This document shows positions 29,461 through 44,045 of a stretch of DNA of 64,000 nt, piece by piece (position 1 is the first letter of the stretch; every line of letters starts with the position of its first letter). This DNA comes from the human T2T-CHM13v2.0 reference genome, Homo sapiens, in assembly GCF_009914755.1 (NCBI RefSeq), contig NC_060940.1. One strand, given 5' to 3'. A program made the translations under genes and the position numbers. The notes under the pieces are model-generated. The model had not been told where the DNA came from, did no database searches, and saw nothing but the letters and a program-made list of their open reading frames with translations.

Positions 29461-29707
29461 TCCTTCTCTCTTCTTTCTCTTCTTTACACCATGACTTAGA
29501 CATCTACTTTCTCTACATGGTAAGATAGGGCAGTTAGTAGAATCACCTCTTTTTGTTTCACATCTTTCAGGGACCACTGTCTTATCTTTTCTGATGTCCA
29601 ATAGATTGAGAATCATTATATATATATTGTTTCTTTAAAAAAATTTGTTTCAGGAAGGAAATGCTAATTCTATTTCATGCTAACTCCATCTTGGCCAGCA
29701 GCAGAGG

Positions 29708-29820
29708 CCAAATCAAGACACTTCTGAGAGTAAAAGGAGAAAGCTCCACTAATAATTATAACATGTAACAGGCATAAACCAAACTGTCCTAGGTAAGATG
29801 GGACGTATCGTTATCCTGTA
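29708..29820. mobile_element. MER94 (hAT-Blackjack) right part
   Basis: ccaaatcaagacacttctgagagtaaaagg...acaggcataaaccaaactgtcc...ggacgtatcgttatcctg. Confidence 0.65.
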
Positions 29821-31449
29821 TATGAAGAGCATTACCTGAATTAATTAATCAGTGTTTATAGTAACTTTATGAAGTAGGCAGTATTCGTTTCATTCACAGA
29901 TGAGATAAGCGAGGTAGGTAGGAGATAACTCACTTATCTAGTGTTTCACAGGCAGGTTGTGGGTGGTAGAGCGGGGATTTGAATTCAAGAACACGGATTC
30001 TGAGCCCACGCTTACTGGTGCCGCTCACTACCCCTACCACCACCAGCACCACCCCCTGTCTCCAACAATACACAGCTGGGAAACGTTAGCATTCAGTGAT
30101 ATTATCCACAACATCCAGTTTGTAGTGGATCCTATACCAGCTCTGGGCACTAGGGGGGTGTCTGAGGACCAGCTCCCTTCCTGTCTCCTTTTCCACCAAT
30201 TTCATGAACATTCTGGTCTCTGTTACCTTCTCTCTTCCATCCCCTGTGGTTTGCCTGTTTCTCCTGCCAGTTAACTTTAGGACTAGACTCAGTGTGGAGT
30301 CTCCACATTCTTTTCTGATCTCCAAACTGGCCCCCTCTGAGGAACCCTGATGAAACCAGAGTGGGATGTGCTGTGTCCACTGGGTCCAGGGTCTGTGCTT
30401 CTAGCATTTTGACTGAGCCCAGTGGCTTCCCTGCCAGGCAGCTCTGCCTCACTCACCCTCCACCTCGGCATGTGTCATGCACATTACGATGCCAAGTATA
30501 TGTCACACATGATCTTGCCCCCTAGAGTCATTCGCAGAGTGATGAGGCCACCATGGTGTTGAATGGGTTCAGGAATCCATACTTCTCATTTTAATTCAGT
30601 CTTGTCTTTTCTATCAGTGTACCAGTGTTAAGGGGAAAAGCCACACCAAGCAGGCTGGTTTAAAACAGCACACTCATCATTCAGCTGATTATACAGACTT
30701 AGGCTCTTTTCCTCCAAGTTTCCTCCTCCCTCCCGACCGACCGTCATGCAGCCCCCTTTGTCCCCCACTGCCCGTCACCCTCTCTGGAGGCCACCCACAG
30801 TGGTCTCTTCTTTGTTCTCCTATCTGTAGTCAGCCAAGGATATCCCTTTGTTCCCTTATCTTGCCTTGTTCAGGAATGTTATCTGCATTGAGGCCTAATT
30901 TGTTTCATCACCTCTTTCACCTCCTCAGGACCTTCACTCCCCGGCTTCCTTACCAAGGTCAACTCTCCTCATCCCTCTCAGGAATTTGCTCTTATCTATG
31001 TAACAGGGTTGCATTTTATTCTGCGAGACCACAGGGCAAGAAATGCCACATTCTTTTCCTTCTTTAAATCAAGTTTAATATGAAACAGCAGAAAATTCAA
31101 TATCTGTCTTTACCTGGGCTTCTTCCACTACCAATCCAACCCCACAGTGTCAGGCAAAAGCTCATGATGTCTTTGCAGCACGGCATTTTCAGAGAAGGCT
31201 TGACTTGGCTCTGGCCTGGACAGGTTACCAATTATAGGCTTATTGTCCCAACCTTGCTGTTCCCATGAAGGCCAAACCTGGAGGATTCTGTGCCACGTTT
31301 GAGTGTGGTACTGTGGCTGTCGGGGATAAATCACTAACTGTTTAACTCCCACCCCAGCCACTGACAACCAGGCATAGACCAGCCTTCGTTTGTGGGAACC
31401 CCAGAGGACTTCATCCTTGTTGTCTTGTTGGATAAATATCTCCCTTCCC

Positions 31450-32348
31450 TGTCTTAGTAATTCAGGCTGCTATAACAGAACACCATAGAGAGGGTGGCTT
31501 AAACAACAGACAGTTATCTGTAATAGTTCTGGAGTCTGGTGTGCACCCCAAATTTCTGAGACAAGACTCAGTCAATTTAGAAAGTTAATTTTGCCAAGGT
31601 TAAGGACATGCCAGTGACACAGCCTCAGGAGGTCCTGGCAACATGTGCCCAAGGTGGCTAGTGTACAGCTTGCTTTTATACCTTTTAGAGAGACAGAATA
31701 CATCAATCAATACATGGAAGACTTACACTGGTTCAGTCTGGAAGGGCAGGACAACTCAAGGTGGGAGGAATGTCTGGATTTCGAGAAGGGGTTGTGGAGA
31801 CCTAGGTTTTATCATGCAGAGGAAGCCTCCAAGTAGCAGGCTTCAGAGAGGATAGAGTGCAAATGTTTCTTATCAGGCTTTAGGTTTGTATCGATGTTAA
31901 TGCTGGTGGAGTATAATGAGGCATGTCCAACCCCCACTTCCCATCATGGCCTGAACGTCTTGCAGGTTAAATTTTAGGAAGCCCTGGCTGAGGAGAGGAT
32001 TCATTCACATGGTTTTTGGGGGTGGAATGGGGGCCTGGGAGTTTTATTTTTTGGTTTACTCTGGGAAGTATAAGATCAAGATCTTGGCAGATTAGGTATC
32101 TGGCAAGGACCTTCTGTCTGGTTTGCAGATTGCGGTCTTCTCGTCTTTTTCATGTTCTCACATGGTGGAGAGCAGGGAGGGAAAAGCAAGCTCTCTCACG
32201 TCTTTTAATAAGGGCACTAATTCCATTCATAAGGATTCCATTTCCTGACCTAATTACCTCTGAGGCCCCACTTTCTAATACCATCATATTGTAGGTTAGG
32301 ATTTCAATACATGAATTTGGGGGGTACAAAACCATTCAGTCCATAGCA
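31450..32348 (-). mobile_element. MaLR solo LTR (MLT1A/MSTD-like) interrupted by a MER4-group LTR
   Basis: tgtcttagt...gctgctataacagaacaccataga...ggcttaaacaacaga; resumes gggaagtataagatcaag...cattcagtccatagca. Confidence 0.82.
31540..32060 (-). mobile_element. MER4-group ERV1 solo LTR
   Basis: tttagaaagttaattttgccaaggttaaggac...gacacagcctcaggaggtcctg; 4-bp TSD ctgg at 31536-39 and 32061-64. Confidence 0.85.
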
Positions 32349-32885
32349 TCGCGTTAGTTTAAATTGCTTGTAAAAATCCAAAAAGCATTCACTTCTTCTC
32401 CCTGTCCAATATAATCCACCATAACATCCTTCAGAGAAGCAAGGCTTTTGAGAAACAAATAGCTGGGAAGGACTTTATTTCCTCTGCCTGGCAAGTTTGC
32501 TTTCAGCTCTGGGTCACAGAAACACACCTGAGGCAACAACACACAAAGACATGGCGTCTTTTCTGAGCTTGGCAAGGGAAACGTAACTTGAAGTAAGGGG
32601 AAAAAAGCACACATTTATATCTGAATACTGCAGTTTCTACCACTTGTTAACTGTGTGACACTGGACATCTAAAAACTGAGGCTCATGAAAACATCTGCCA
32701 TCTGACTTCTTAGGGTTGTTTTGAAGATTAAATAAGTTAATAGTGTGAAAACTGCTTAGAACAATGCTATGCAAGTGTTAGCTATGGTTACTGTCAGCTA
32801 ATAATGCTGCTTGTGACATTTTGTCTGTGCTCCTTATTTCAAACATCTTACTTGGAGCTTCCAAAGTTAGCACTTAGAGTGGATA

Positions 32886-32964
32886 TTAGGTTGGTGCAAA
32901 AGCAGTTGGATTTTTTGCCATTAAAAGTACAGGCAAAACAGCAATTACTTTTGCACCAGCCTAA
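32886..32964. mobile_element. MADE1 mariner MITE
   Basis: ttaggttggtgcaaaag...cttttgcaccagcctaa, 79 bp, TA duplications at 32884-85 and 32965-66. Confidence 0.93.
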
Positions 32965-33691
32965 TAGCTTATGTATGCAGAATTACCTGCAAATTCCTTT
33001 GGAGACTAGCCATAATATTTCTTGCTGTGTCTAACCCAGGCAGTTTTCCTCCAAGCTTTAAATTCACTTGTGTTCTCTTGGGTTGGTCTCCCAGTGAAGG
33101 TGTTGCTTGCAGATTTATACCTCTCCTCTCACAGCCAATCTGGAGCAGGCCTTCATTTAGTGAAAAACTGCAGAATCATCCATGCTGCTTATTTTTTTTC
33201 TGTCTCTCTCTCTCTCTCTCTCTGTTGAGTATACATAGTGGAAATCATATAAGTTAAATGTGAATGAACTCTAACTTGCAGTTTTCCTAAAGTCCATCTC
33301 ATCCTAAGCCTAGCTGAATATGAAATTGACATCCGTTTCTATTTCAGGGACCTTCACGATGCCATTGGTCACATAGGGCAGAGAATGAGGAGTTCAGAGA
33401 TTCCCCTGGACTGCCACCATTGGTATCCTCATGATGTTCCCAAAGGCAGATCATTTTGCTCTTCTTTTAGGAAATAGTAGTAACTGACTGACTTCACTGA
33501 AGTCTCCTTTCTCCCTTGTCCTAATCCTTAGTGGGTACAATGAGTCCTTTACCTGGGGCAGTAGGGTGTATGTATTAGGATTCCAGGGGATGTTCTTCAT
33601 CCCTGGTGGCAGCTATGCAAGGAATATTCAACCGTATGTGGCTGTTGAGCATCACCTGTAGTTTTTGTTTGTATTAAGATATAGTCTTCTA

Positions 33692-33998
<307 letters not shown>

Positions 33999-34361
33999 GG
34001 AATGCTCTTCTAAAAGAGATGACACAGGCAAATATTAGCCACATACACTTGAACATGGGAAAAATTAAAACTGAGACAACACCACCCTGGACCAGGTACC
34101 CCACATTTTGTTTTTCTCCCTCCTCTGTCACTAATCAACTAGATGGTCTCAGGTGAGCCCCGTCCCCTCTCTGAGGCTCAGTTTTCTCATCTGTGAGATG
34201 AGGGGTTGTGCATATGGACTTCCCAGTTCTGTCATCCTAAACTCTGTGATTCCACTTGATCAGTGTGAATTCTTCCTTGAAACCTTTCCATGACAGGAAT
34301 GGCTTTGGGGAATACACTGGAGAATGGTGTTGTTTCTTAGGAAAGTTACCTGGTGGAGGCG

Positions 34362-34860
34362 GTGTAGTAATTTTAGTTTCCTTTGTGGGGACCACTTCTG
34401 CTGTAATCTTTATGTATGTTATGGGTAGGGTTGAATCCACCACCTCAGCTCCAAGGACCAATCCATCCTCTTTGTCATGGTGATAAGTTCACGCATAGGC
34501 ATGTGACCCAAGTGGTTCAATGGGATTCACTCCTGAAAGTCTTGTTGGAAACTATTAGAAAAGAGTCATTGTCTTTTCTTCAGTATTGGTACACTGGTAC
34601 GCATAGAGTTGGTAATGGCCATCCTTGACATAACATGGAGAGTATGTCCAAGAAATGAGGCTGATAGACACACGCATAGTTACAGAGAGACAGAAGCATG
34701 CAGAAACAGAGAGATATTATACTGATGACATTGTTGAGTGCCTTGATCCTGGCCTTTCCTTTTGGGCTTAACAGTAACAAGAGTCACTAAATATCCTTTC
34801 TGCTCAAACCATTTTGACTTAGGATTCTGTTATCTGCAAATGAATGATGCCTGCCTAACA
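34362..34860 (+). mobile_element. Old MaLR LTR (MLT1J/K-like)
   Basis: ggcatgtgacccaag...cctttctgctcaaaccattttgacttaggattctgttatctgcaa resembles MLT1J/K. Confidence 0.5.
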
Positions 34861-34999
34861 GGGGTGATGTTTCCATTGCAATGTTGGGAGAAGAATTTGC
34901 TACCCTCTAGATGCCATGAATAGAGGCTTAGAAATGAGAGAAGGGAGTATAATCTCAGACAGCAGAGGGTAGCATGGGAATGGGAAAGGGAAAGACCCT

Positions 35000-35225
35000 A
35001 CAATGTGCTGAGCAGTGTGCTGCACGTTTCATTTTTTTTCCACATTTAACTCCATAACCCTATGAGAAATGTGTTATTTTCATTATGCCCATTTTTCAGA
35101 GAAGGAAACTGGAGACAGAACAGATTAAGGACTTGCCTGAGGTCACACAATCGGTGGCAGAGCAGAGATTTATAACCAGACTCATGGTCTCCTGAGCTTC
35201 AGCTCTTGACCACTGAAGTATAGTT
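35000..35225 (-). mobile_element. MIR
   Basis: cccattttcagagaaggaaactg...gacttgcctgaggtcacaca. Confidence 0.65.
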
Positions 35226-36599
35226 CCATGGTGATTTTTCCCCCTAATTTCCTGCCTAGCTTGCCACCTAGCTGAAGTGAGGCTGTAATGTGAATCAAGG
35301 CCTCCTGGACTCCAATACATGTGTAAGAGAGATGGAGAAGAAGTACAGACAGGGGAGATCTCTAAGTGGACAAGTCCTGTGGCTAAAACAAAATCCTGGA
35401 AGGTGACTACCCTCCACACCCCACCCCACCCAAGCCAGAAAGGAAAAGATTATCCAAAGATAATTAATTTTTTAAATAGATACTTTTTTGCAAATTTAAC
35501 AGAATTGTGATCTATCCATGCAGTTTTAAACTGTCAAATGATTTAGCCATAAATTTCGAAATGAGAATATATAGCGTATAACCACATCAACTTTTTATGA
35601 AACATATTGAAATTTATTAGTTATCAATGCAGTGTGTTTCAGCATATCTTTTTGGGAAATCAAATATATCATTTTAATATTTTCTTCCACATGCAGTATA
35701 CATTAACTCACAGGATGCTGAGGCTGCCTCTGAGAATTTCTGTCATTTCCTTCTTGTCCTTTTTTCCTTCTCTCCTTCATCTGCTGTGCGTTTATCTTTA
35801 TGTGCTCCCTTCCATTTGACTGTACAGAAAAGCTCTATGAAGGGAATCTGGTTATAAACCTCAGCCCTGCCTCCTATTGTGTGACCTCAGGCAAGTCCTT
35901 AATCTGTTTTTTCTCCAGTTTCCTTCTCTGAAAAATGGGCATAATAAAATTAGTACCTTTCTCATATGGATAGGAAATTAAATGTAAAATATGATAAACT
36001 GCACATTAGCTGTTTTATTTTTTATTTTATGGTGCCTTGTACATAGTAGGTGCTCAATAAATTCTGTTAAGTTAATGCATTATAAAATATTTCAGTTTAT
36101 CTCATTATAAATAATAACCAAGGATAAGTAATTTTAAAACTAACCTTATAAATTGAAGTTAATATACATCTTGACAATTGCATAATTTCTAAGTGTACAG
36201 CTGGATAAATTATCACATATTAAATGCACCCATGTAATGACCACTCAGATCAAGAAATAAACCGTTACTAGCTTTCCAGTAGCCCTGACTTTTGTTTCCC
36301 CCAGTTCACTACAATTTTGACTTCTACTTCATTCATCAATTTTGCTTGTTTTTGGACTTAATATAAATGGACCCATACAGTGTATATTCTTTCATGTCAA
36401 GCTTTTTAAAAAGGTAACATCATTTTTTGAAACTTATTTATATAATTTATTATAGCAGTAATTCATTCCTTTTTATTGCTGTATGGAATTCTATTTGATG
36501 ATACACCACAATTTACTCATTCATTCTATTGATGGACATTTGGGTTGTTTAAAGGGCTTTTTTTCTACCAGAATATGCGACTATGAACATTTTTGTTTC

Positions 36600-37538
36600 T
36601 TGCTAAACAATCCCATCAAAAAGTGAGCTAATGACCTGAATAGACAACTCTTAAAAGAAGATATACAAATGAACAACAAACATATGAAAAAATGCTCAAC
36701 ATCACTAATGATCAGGGACGTGCAGGTTAAAAACCACAATGTGATACCACCTTATTCCCACAAGAATGGCCATCATCAAAAAATCAAAAAATAATAGATG
36801 GTGTGGATGCAGTGAAAAGGGAACACTTCTACACTGCTGGTAGGAGTGTAAGCTAGTACAACCACTATGGAAAACAGTGTGGAGATTCCTTAAACTAAAA
36901 GTAGGACTACCATTTGATCCAGCAATTCCACTACTGGGTATCTACCCAGAGGAAAAGAAGTCATTATAAGAAAAAGATACTTGCTCACACATGTTTATAG
37001 CAGCACAATTCACGATTGCAAAAATGTGGATCTAGCCCAAATATCAATGAGTGTATAAAGAAACTGTGATGTATATATATACCACATTATATATATACAT
37101 ATATATACACCACATTTTTATATATATATATACACACATATATATATGTATATATATATATAATGGAATATTACTTACCCATAAAAAGGAATGAATTAAT
37201 GGCATTTGCAGCACCTGGATGGGATTGGAGACTATTATTCCAAGTCCAAGTGGAGTTAACTCAGAAATGGAAAACCAAACATCATATGTTCTTACTTATA
37301 AGTGGGGGCTAGTCTATAAGGAGGCAGAGGCATAAGGATGATACAATGGACCTTGGGGACCCAGAGGGAAAGGGTGGGTAGTGAGTGAGGGATAAAAGAC
37401 TAGAAAGTGGGTTCAGTGTATAGTACTCAGGTGATGGGTGCACCAAAATCTCACAAATCACCACTAAAGAACTTACTCATGTAACCAAATACCACCTGTT
37501 CCCCAAAAACCTACGGAAATAAAAAATTTAAAGAAAAA
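36600..37538 (+). mobile_element. L1PB (PB1-like) 3' part with an internal (TA)n tract
   Basis: End of ORF2 and 3' UTR gggtgcaccaaaatctcacaaatcaccactaaagaactt; TSD gaacattttt at 36585-94 and 37539-48. Confidence 0.9.
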
Positions 37539-37689
37539 GAACATTTTTATACATGTTTATTGGGATACATAGGCATGCGTTTTTTGGGCTTATGTCTAGG
37601 AGTAGAATTTTTGGTTCACTGGCCATGCACATTTTCAATGTGGGTAGATATTGCCAAATAGTTTTTGAAGTAGTTATGCCAATTCATAT

Positions 37690-38662
37690 TGTCAATGCTC
37701 CACATTGGAAGACCACTAGGAATACATTTGTAGTGGAAAATGAACAAATTTAGGTTCATTAATTCATTTCAACAAGGGAGAGCACACACGAAGGGGATGG
37801 TGAGACGTCTCAAGAAAAGGGTGTTGGGAAGAATTAGGAGATTTGGGCTTCTGTTAGGTGGTTTTGGGAGGGTTCAAGGAAACTGGACTTTGATCTTACT
37901 TGGATACTCTCAGGAAGCCAGGTTAATTCTGTGACTGGATGGCTTAATCATTTTTATCCAGAAAGCAGGAAGAATGGAATGAGGCTAAACTGGAATTTGA
38001 AGAGAAGTAGCATTGACTTACATAAGCCAACATATTAATTTCCTGTGGCTGCTGTAGCAAAGTACTGCAAACTGGGTGGCTTAAAAGAGCAGAAATTTAG
38101 TTTATTTTCTCGCAGTTCTGCAGACTAAAAGTCTGAAATTAAGGTGTTGGTAGGGCTAATTCCATTTTGGAAGCACTGAAGGAGAATTAATTCCATGCCC
38201 TTCTCCTAGCTTCTAGTGATGGCTGGCAATCCTTGGCTCTCCCTGGCTTGTAGGTGCATTGCTCCAATCTCTTCCCCTATTGTCCTATGATGTGCTCTCT
38301 GTGTCTGTATCTCTAGTCAATTTCTTATAAGGACAATAGCCGTACTGGATTAGGTCCCACACTAATGACCTCCTCTTAACTTGATTGCATCTGCAAAAAC
38401 ACCCTATTTTCAAATAAGGGCACATGAACAGGCACTGGTGATTAAGACATTGACTTATTTCTTGAAGGGATAGGATTCAACCCATAATAGCTGAAATACA
38501 GTGTGTTTGGTTGCTTTTGTAGCTTGAACACTGTTCTTAATTTTGTCTGTGTTCAGATGTGATTATGGAGGGGTCTCATTGTGTGGTGTAACAGGAAATA
38601 TGTTCAATGGGAGAATACTATAGCCTAGCTTCCCGTTTTTGGGGTGACTTTTCTCTTTCTCA
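37690..38662. mobile_element. Probable solo LTR (family uncertain) interrupted by MLT1C
   Basis: tg...ca-bounded segment interrupting the L1ME; family not securely recognised. Confidence 0.4.
38031..38489 (-). mobile_element. MLT1C-like MaLR LTR
   Basis: tttcctgtggctgctgtagcaaagtactgcaaactgggtggcttaaaa...ggattcaacccataata. Confidence 0.82.
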
Positions 38663-39099
38663 GTAGCCTCCACTCTTGGTATTGTCAAGCTTGTTAATTT
38701 CAGTCATTCTGGTCAGTGTGAATTGACATCTTATTGTAGCTGTAATTTGCATTTCCTTGATGACATTGAGATTGAGCACCTTTTAGGATTCTGGGGGCTG
38801 TTTGGATATGCTTTTTTACAAAGTGTTTGTTCAAGTCTATTGCCATTTCTTTATTAGGCTGCCTGCCCTTTTCTTATTGAATTTCTAGAGCTTTTAATAT
38901 ATTCCGAATACAAGTTGTTAGGTATATCGTATTGGTAATATCTTCTGCTAAACCATGCCTTGTCTTTCTATCTGTTTACGTGAACCAGAGGGATGAGAAC
39001 ATTCCATCAATGGTATGTTTTTACTTTCTTTCATCCATGTATCAGGTATTGTATAGACACAGGCATAGGCCATGAGTTCAGCTTACCATGAACTCCCTG

Positions 39100-39850
<751 letters not shown>

Positions 39851-42800
39851 AATGAACAGGTAGGGATGGAACCATGCTGCCCATATGTTGCTGATCTAAT
39901 GTGGGACTCACGGTCCAATAGAGAGTTTATAGAAACTAGTTGGTGGCTCTTGTGTGATATTCACCATGCGTCCGGTGACAATAGGATTATACTCTGAGAT
40001 TTAAGTTTTAAAATTAACATATAATGGATCTTAACAACTGTAAGAGAAGAGATAGCTCCCAGGCTGCAAATCACCTCAGCAATCTGAGATCAAATGAATA
40101 AGCATATCTAATGAAAAACATGTTGCTCAAAGGAATTTTAATCTGTTCATGAAAGCAAAGTGAAAGGAGAATCTTGGAGGCAATTTTTGGCAATATCCAC
40201 CCAGACTCTGTCCAGGAGAAAGGGGCATTGCCAGCCAACTTGGAGGATTCTGGACCCATTGGCAAGGGCATCCCTCCTGGAGCTGGTTGAAGGCAGTAAG
40301 GTCAGTTGGCTTTGGTCCCTTGGTGAAGCCATCTTCAGAGTGTGTTTGCTGCATTAGGTTATCTTGTGCGATGCTCCTACAAGTCCAATGCCTTATAATT
40401 CCACTAAGCTTTCAGGTAAAATAGGTTTGGGCCTCCTTATAAGTCAGGGTCTGGGAAGAGAGTCAACTCATTGGGAGAACTTCTAAAAGTTTCTATGCCA
40501 GTCATTTATCATTTTATGTTAATAAAATTGATATTGAAGTTTTATAACAAGTCTCATGAGGTCGGGTAATGTGATTCCACAACTAAGAAAAGGAGTAGAT
40601 CTTGGTGTGCTGGAAAAGTCAGCTTTCAGAACCTCTAAGATTGAGGGCTCAGCCCCTGGGGCTAGTAAAACCATCAGAGGAATGAATTCCACTTCATGAG
40701 AACTTTTGACACATAGACTACCAGTTTCTTGGTGGTTGACCTGCACTTGCACTGGGGAGCCTATGGCCATGTTTCCAGAAATTTCCTTTGTATGGAACAT
40801 CTGATTTTTACCTGTACTCTCATAAGACTTCCTTGCTGGTGAGCTGACGTTAATTTAAGAATTTTAGCTCTTTCAGTCTTAGGTATCATCAGGCATGTCA
40901 CACTTTCTGTACATTTGCCTTTTGTAGCTAGGGAAGCTGTAAAATGTTTAGGCCTTAGGTCTACTGAAGACTAACCAATGACCCAATGTAATATTTTTAA
41001 TTTGTCCCTTGACAACTTTATGTTGAGATTTCTAATTTCCTTATCAGATACAAGGCCACAGTAAAAACATCACCTGTTAGGTCAAGTCTAAACTGGAATC
41101 TATGTCATCAAGCTGCCGTATTTAATTACCAATGTCCATAGGCGTTGTGGTTCCTGATTCTATTCCTCTTACACCCTCTTGAAATCAGCTCCATGCTGGG
41201 GGTTTCTCATACTACACAGCTGGGAATTCTAGGATTTTTTTTTTCTTGCCTTCTGTATATTTCTACATAGCAAGCTGTGGTCAAGACATCTTGCTATGTG
41301 GCCAAGATGGGGAAAAGGGACTGAGATAGACAAGTACTGCAATATTTGGGTAGTGAGAACCATCACATACTGCAATTTTTGGGTGATGAGAACCCAGCAA
41401 TGCACTTAATAGACTGCTGAGGGGAGGTAAAGGCCTTGCTCAATCAACTTAATGGGAGAACTGAACATCCAAAGATTGTAACTACCATTTGGGGACTTCT
41501 TAACACTTGACTTCATTAAAATTGTTCAGTAAGAAGCCTGATGTTGCCACCATGTTTATACATACAGTTTTTAAGGCAGGCATAGAGAGGGTTACATTTT
41601 GTTTAATAGTCTCTTTAGAAAACAAAGAGGTAGTGTATCATTTAGAATGCATGCAGCTGCCAGTAACAAAATACCCAAGTAATAGTGGGTTAAATAATAA
41701 AGGTAGTTAAATATATACCATAACAAGAAGTTGGTTTCACAGTTCAGGGAGGTAGGAGGGGAATTCATCATCTCTAAGATTATTTTTTGGCCTTTACTTC
41801 ATGGGGATCAATGGTTGTCACAGCTTCAAGCATCGAGTCCTGCATCCCAAGCAGAAAGGCAGGGAAACAAAAAGACTTTCTTTCTGAGGCACTATTGTTT
41901 CCTTATCATGAGGAAGCTTCCCAGCAGGCTTCTCCCCGTGTCTCAGTGGACAGAGTTTGGTTGCGTGCCCACTTCTAGGCCAATTGATGGGAAAGTAGGA
42001 AGGAGTTACTGCAGTGGTTTAGGTCATCTTGAAGCTGTGAAGAGGTCTGATGCCTTCCCTGGGATGACATGATACCTGCTCTCTACTTCAGCAATATGGG
42101 GTATATACTAGCTGGGGGAGTGAAAATAAAAATGTCTTCCACATGTATATTTTAATCAATTGTATGAACAGTTTTTTAAAATTAGCCTTAAATGTGTAGA
42201 GATAAGTGTTAAATAAATTCCTCACTGGAAGGAGAGGGAGGAGTGGGTGGGTTTGATGCTGGGATGGGCAGGTATGCAGGTATCCAGGTAGAAGCTTGGC
42301 ATCAATTTACCTGTCTCTAGGAAGTTCCTATCCTGTTTCCTCCGGTTAGCCTGCATCTGGGATATAAAAATCTGCTGAAACATCAGCCTCCGTGAACCAC
42401 ACAGCATGACTTGTTACATGTCACAGATGACTGCCCCTTGCCGGCCACCAAACTTGAACCATTCCGTGCAGCCGCTGCCTGTTGTTTCCTGTTATGTTGT
42501 TGAGGTAGCACTGCCAAGTTCTAAACACATGCCCTGACTCCACCCAGAGTGGCACCTGCACACAAAAGCAATGCCCAGGGAGTGCCAGGCCGAAATAATT
42601 TCTGCAGAGTTAAACTGGAGCATTAAGTGGCAAGTGGAATTTGACAGAGGGGAGGAGCAACCCCACTTTCTGTAAGAACATGAAAAAAAAAACCCACAGT
42701 TATTAAATAAGCTGGGGAAAGAACAAAATTACACAGGGATGAAGAAAAGTCTTTGCTTAGCGTGGCTGAAAAATACCGACCTCACAGATGGGGTAGGGTT

Positions 42801-43504
42801 GCGCTGGAGGTAGAGCGATGTCAGCAATAAAGAGAGAGAATAAAGGAAGGAAGTCACGGCCAGCTTGCAAAAAGTTGTCTCTGTTGTCTGTTCTGTGAAA
42901 CCGCTTGCCAACAACACCGTTAAAATGTAGGTGTTGGTGTGAAGATCCAACAAGGTACATTCTCTGAGTCTGGAGCCACTTCTAAAGGAGCTAAATAAAA
43001 ATGAAGCAATTAATTGAGACGCATTGTATAAAAGAAATCAGTGTAATACCAGATGGAAGGAGTCATGTCTGCAATCTTAGTGGAAAGAGCATTATTTATC
43101 GAGCATTGACCTTCTAGTGTGAGCACAATGCATTCATTATCTCATTTAATTCTTACGATCACCAGCTGAGGCAGGTGCTTTCATTATCTCCATTTGACAG
43201 ATCAGGAGGATTGTAGCTTAAAAGGCCTAACTCGTAAGTGGAAAGGTCAATATGTAGACCGAAGCTTTCTGAATCCAAAATCTGTTCCTAACCTCTATTC
43301 TGTACTGCTGGCCAAAATTAAAAATACTGAAGTGTGATACAAGGAAATTATAACTCTGATTGGATGAACTGAATGCTAGGGTTTGTCTGTTCTTCAGAAG
43401 TAAGACGATGGTGTGGATTTAGGAATACGTATTATGGACTCTATTGTAAGTGACAGATTCCCGCCCTAACGTGGCTCTAAAAAAAAAAGGAGGACATGGA
43501 CTCC

Positions 43505-44045
43505 TGTGGTCAGCTGAATAAAGGCACCCCAAAATGTCCACATCCTAATCCCCAGAACCCATGAATATCCACATCCTCATCCCCAGAATCCATGAATATC
43601 CACATCCTAATACCTGAAACCCATGAATACATGAATACGTTGCCTTTTATGGCAGAAGGGGCTTTGTAGATCTGATTAAGTCAAAGATCCTGAAATGGCA
43701 GAGATGATCCTGGAATATCTGGGTGGTCTCAACATAAAGAAAAGGATCCTTATAAAGGAAACAGAGAGGTTTGGTTACAGAAGTAGGAGACAGGAGGATG
43801 GAAGCAAGAGTTTGGAGCAGTGTTAGGAAGGGCCCCGAGCTGAAGAATGTAGGTGGCCTCTAGAAGCTGGAAAAGGCAAAGCAACAGCTTTTGCCCTAGA
43901 GCTTTCAGAAGGAACACAGCCCTGCCAACATCTTGATTTTGGACTTCTGACCTCCAGAACTGTAAGAGGATACATTTGTGTTGTTTTAGGCTATCCTTAC
44001 CGTTATCGTGGTAATTTTTTACGCCAGCAAAAGAGAACTAATACA
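43505..44045 (+). mobile_element. MLT1D-like MaLR solo LTR with an internal 31-bp triplication
   Basis: tgtggt...gtccacatcctaatcccc...gaactaataca; perfect 5-bp TSD actcc at 43500-04 and 44046-50. Confidence 0.88.

Larger units (their letters stand above)
36140..38980 (-). mobile_element. Old L1ME-type 3' region fragmented by later insertions
   Basis: Colinear L1M 3' pieces at about 36140-36595, 37540-37690 and 38663-38980 (aatttgcatttccttgatgac...gagcacc). Confidence 0.65.

Noticed and set aside
43537-43637. 31-bp repeats as a CRISPR-like array
   Set aside because: Head-to-tail with no spacers, inside a mammalian LTR
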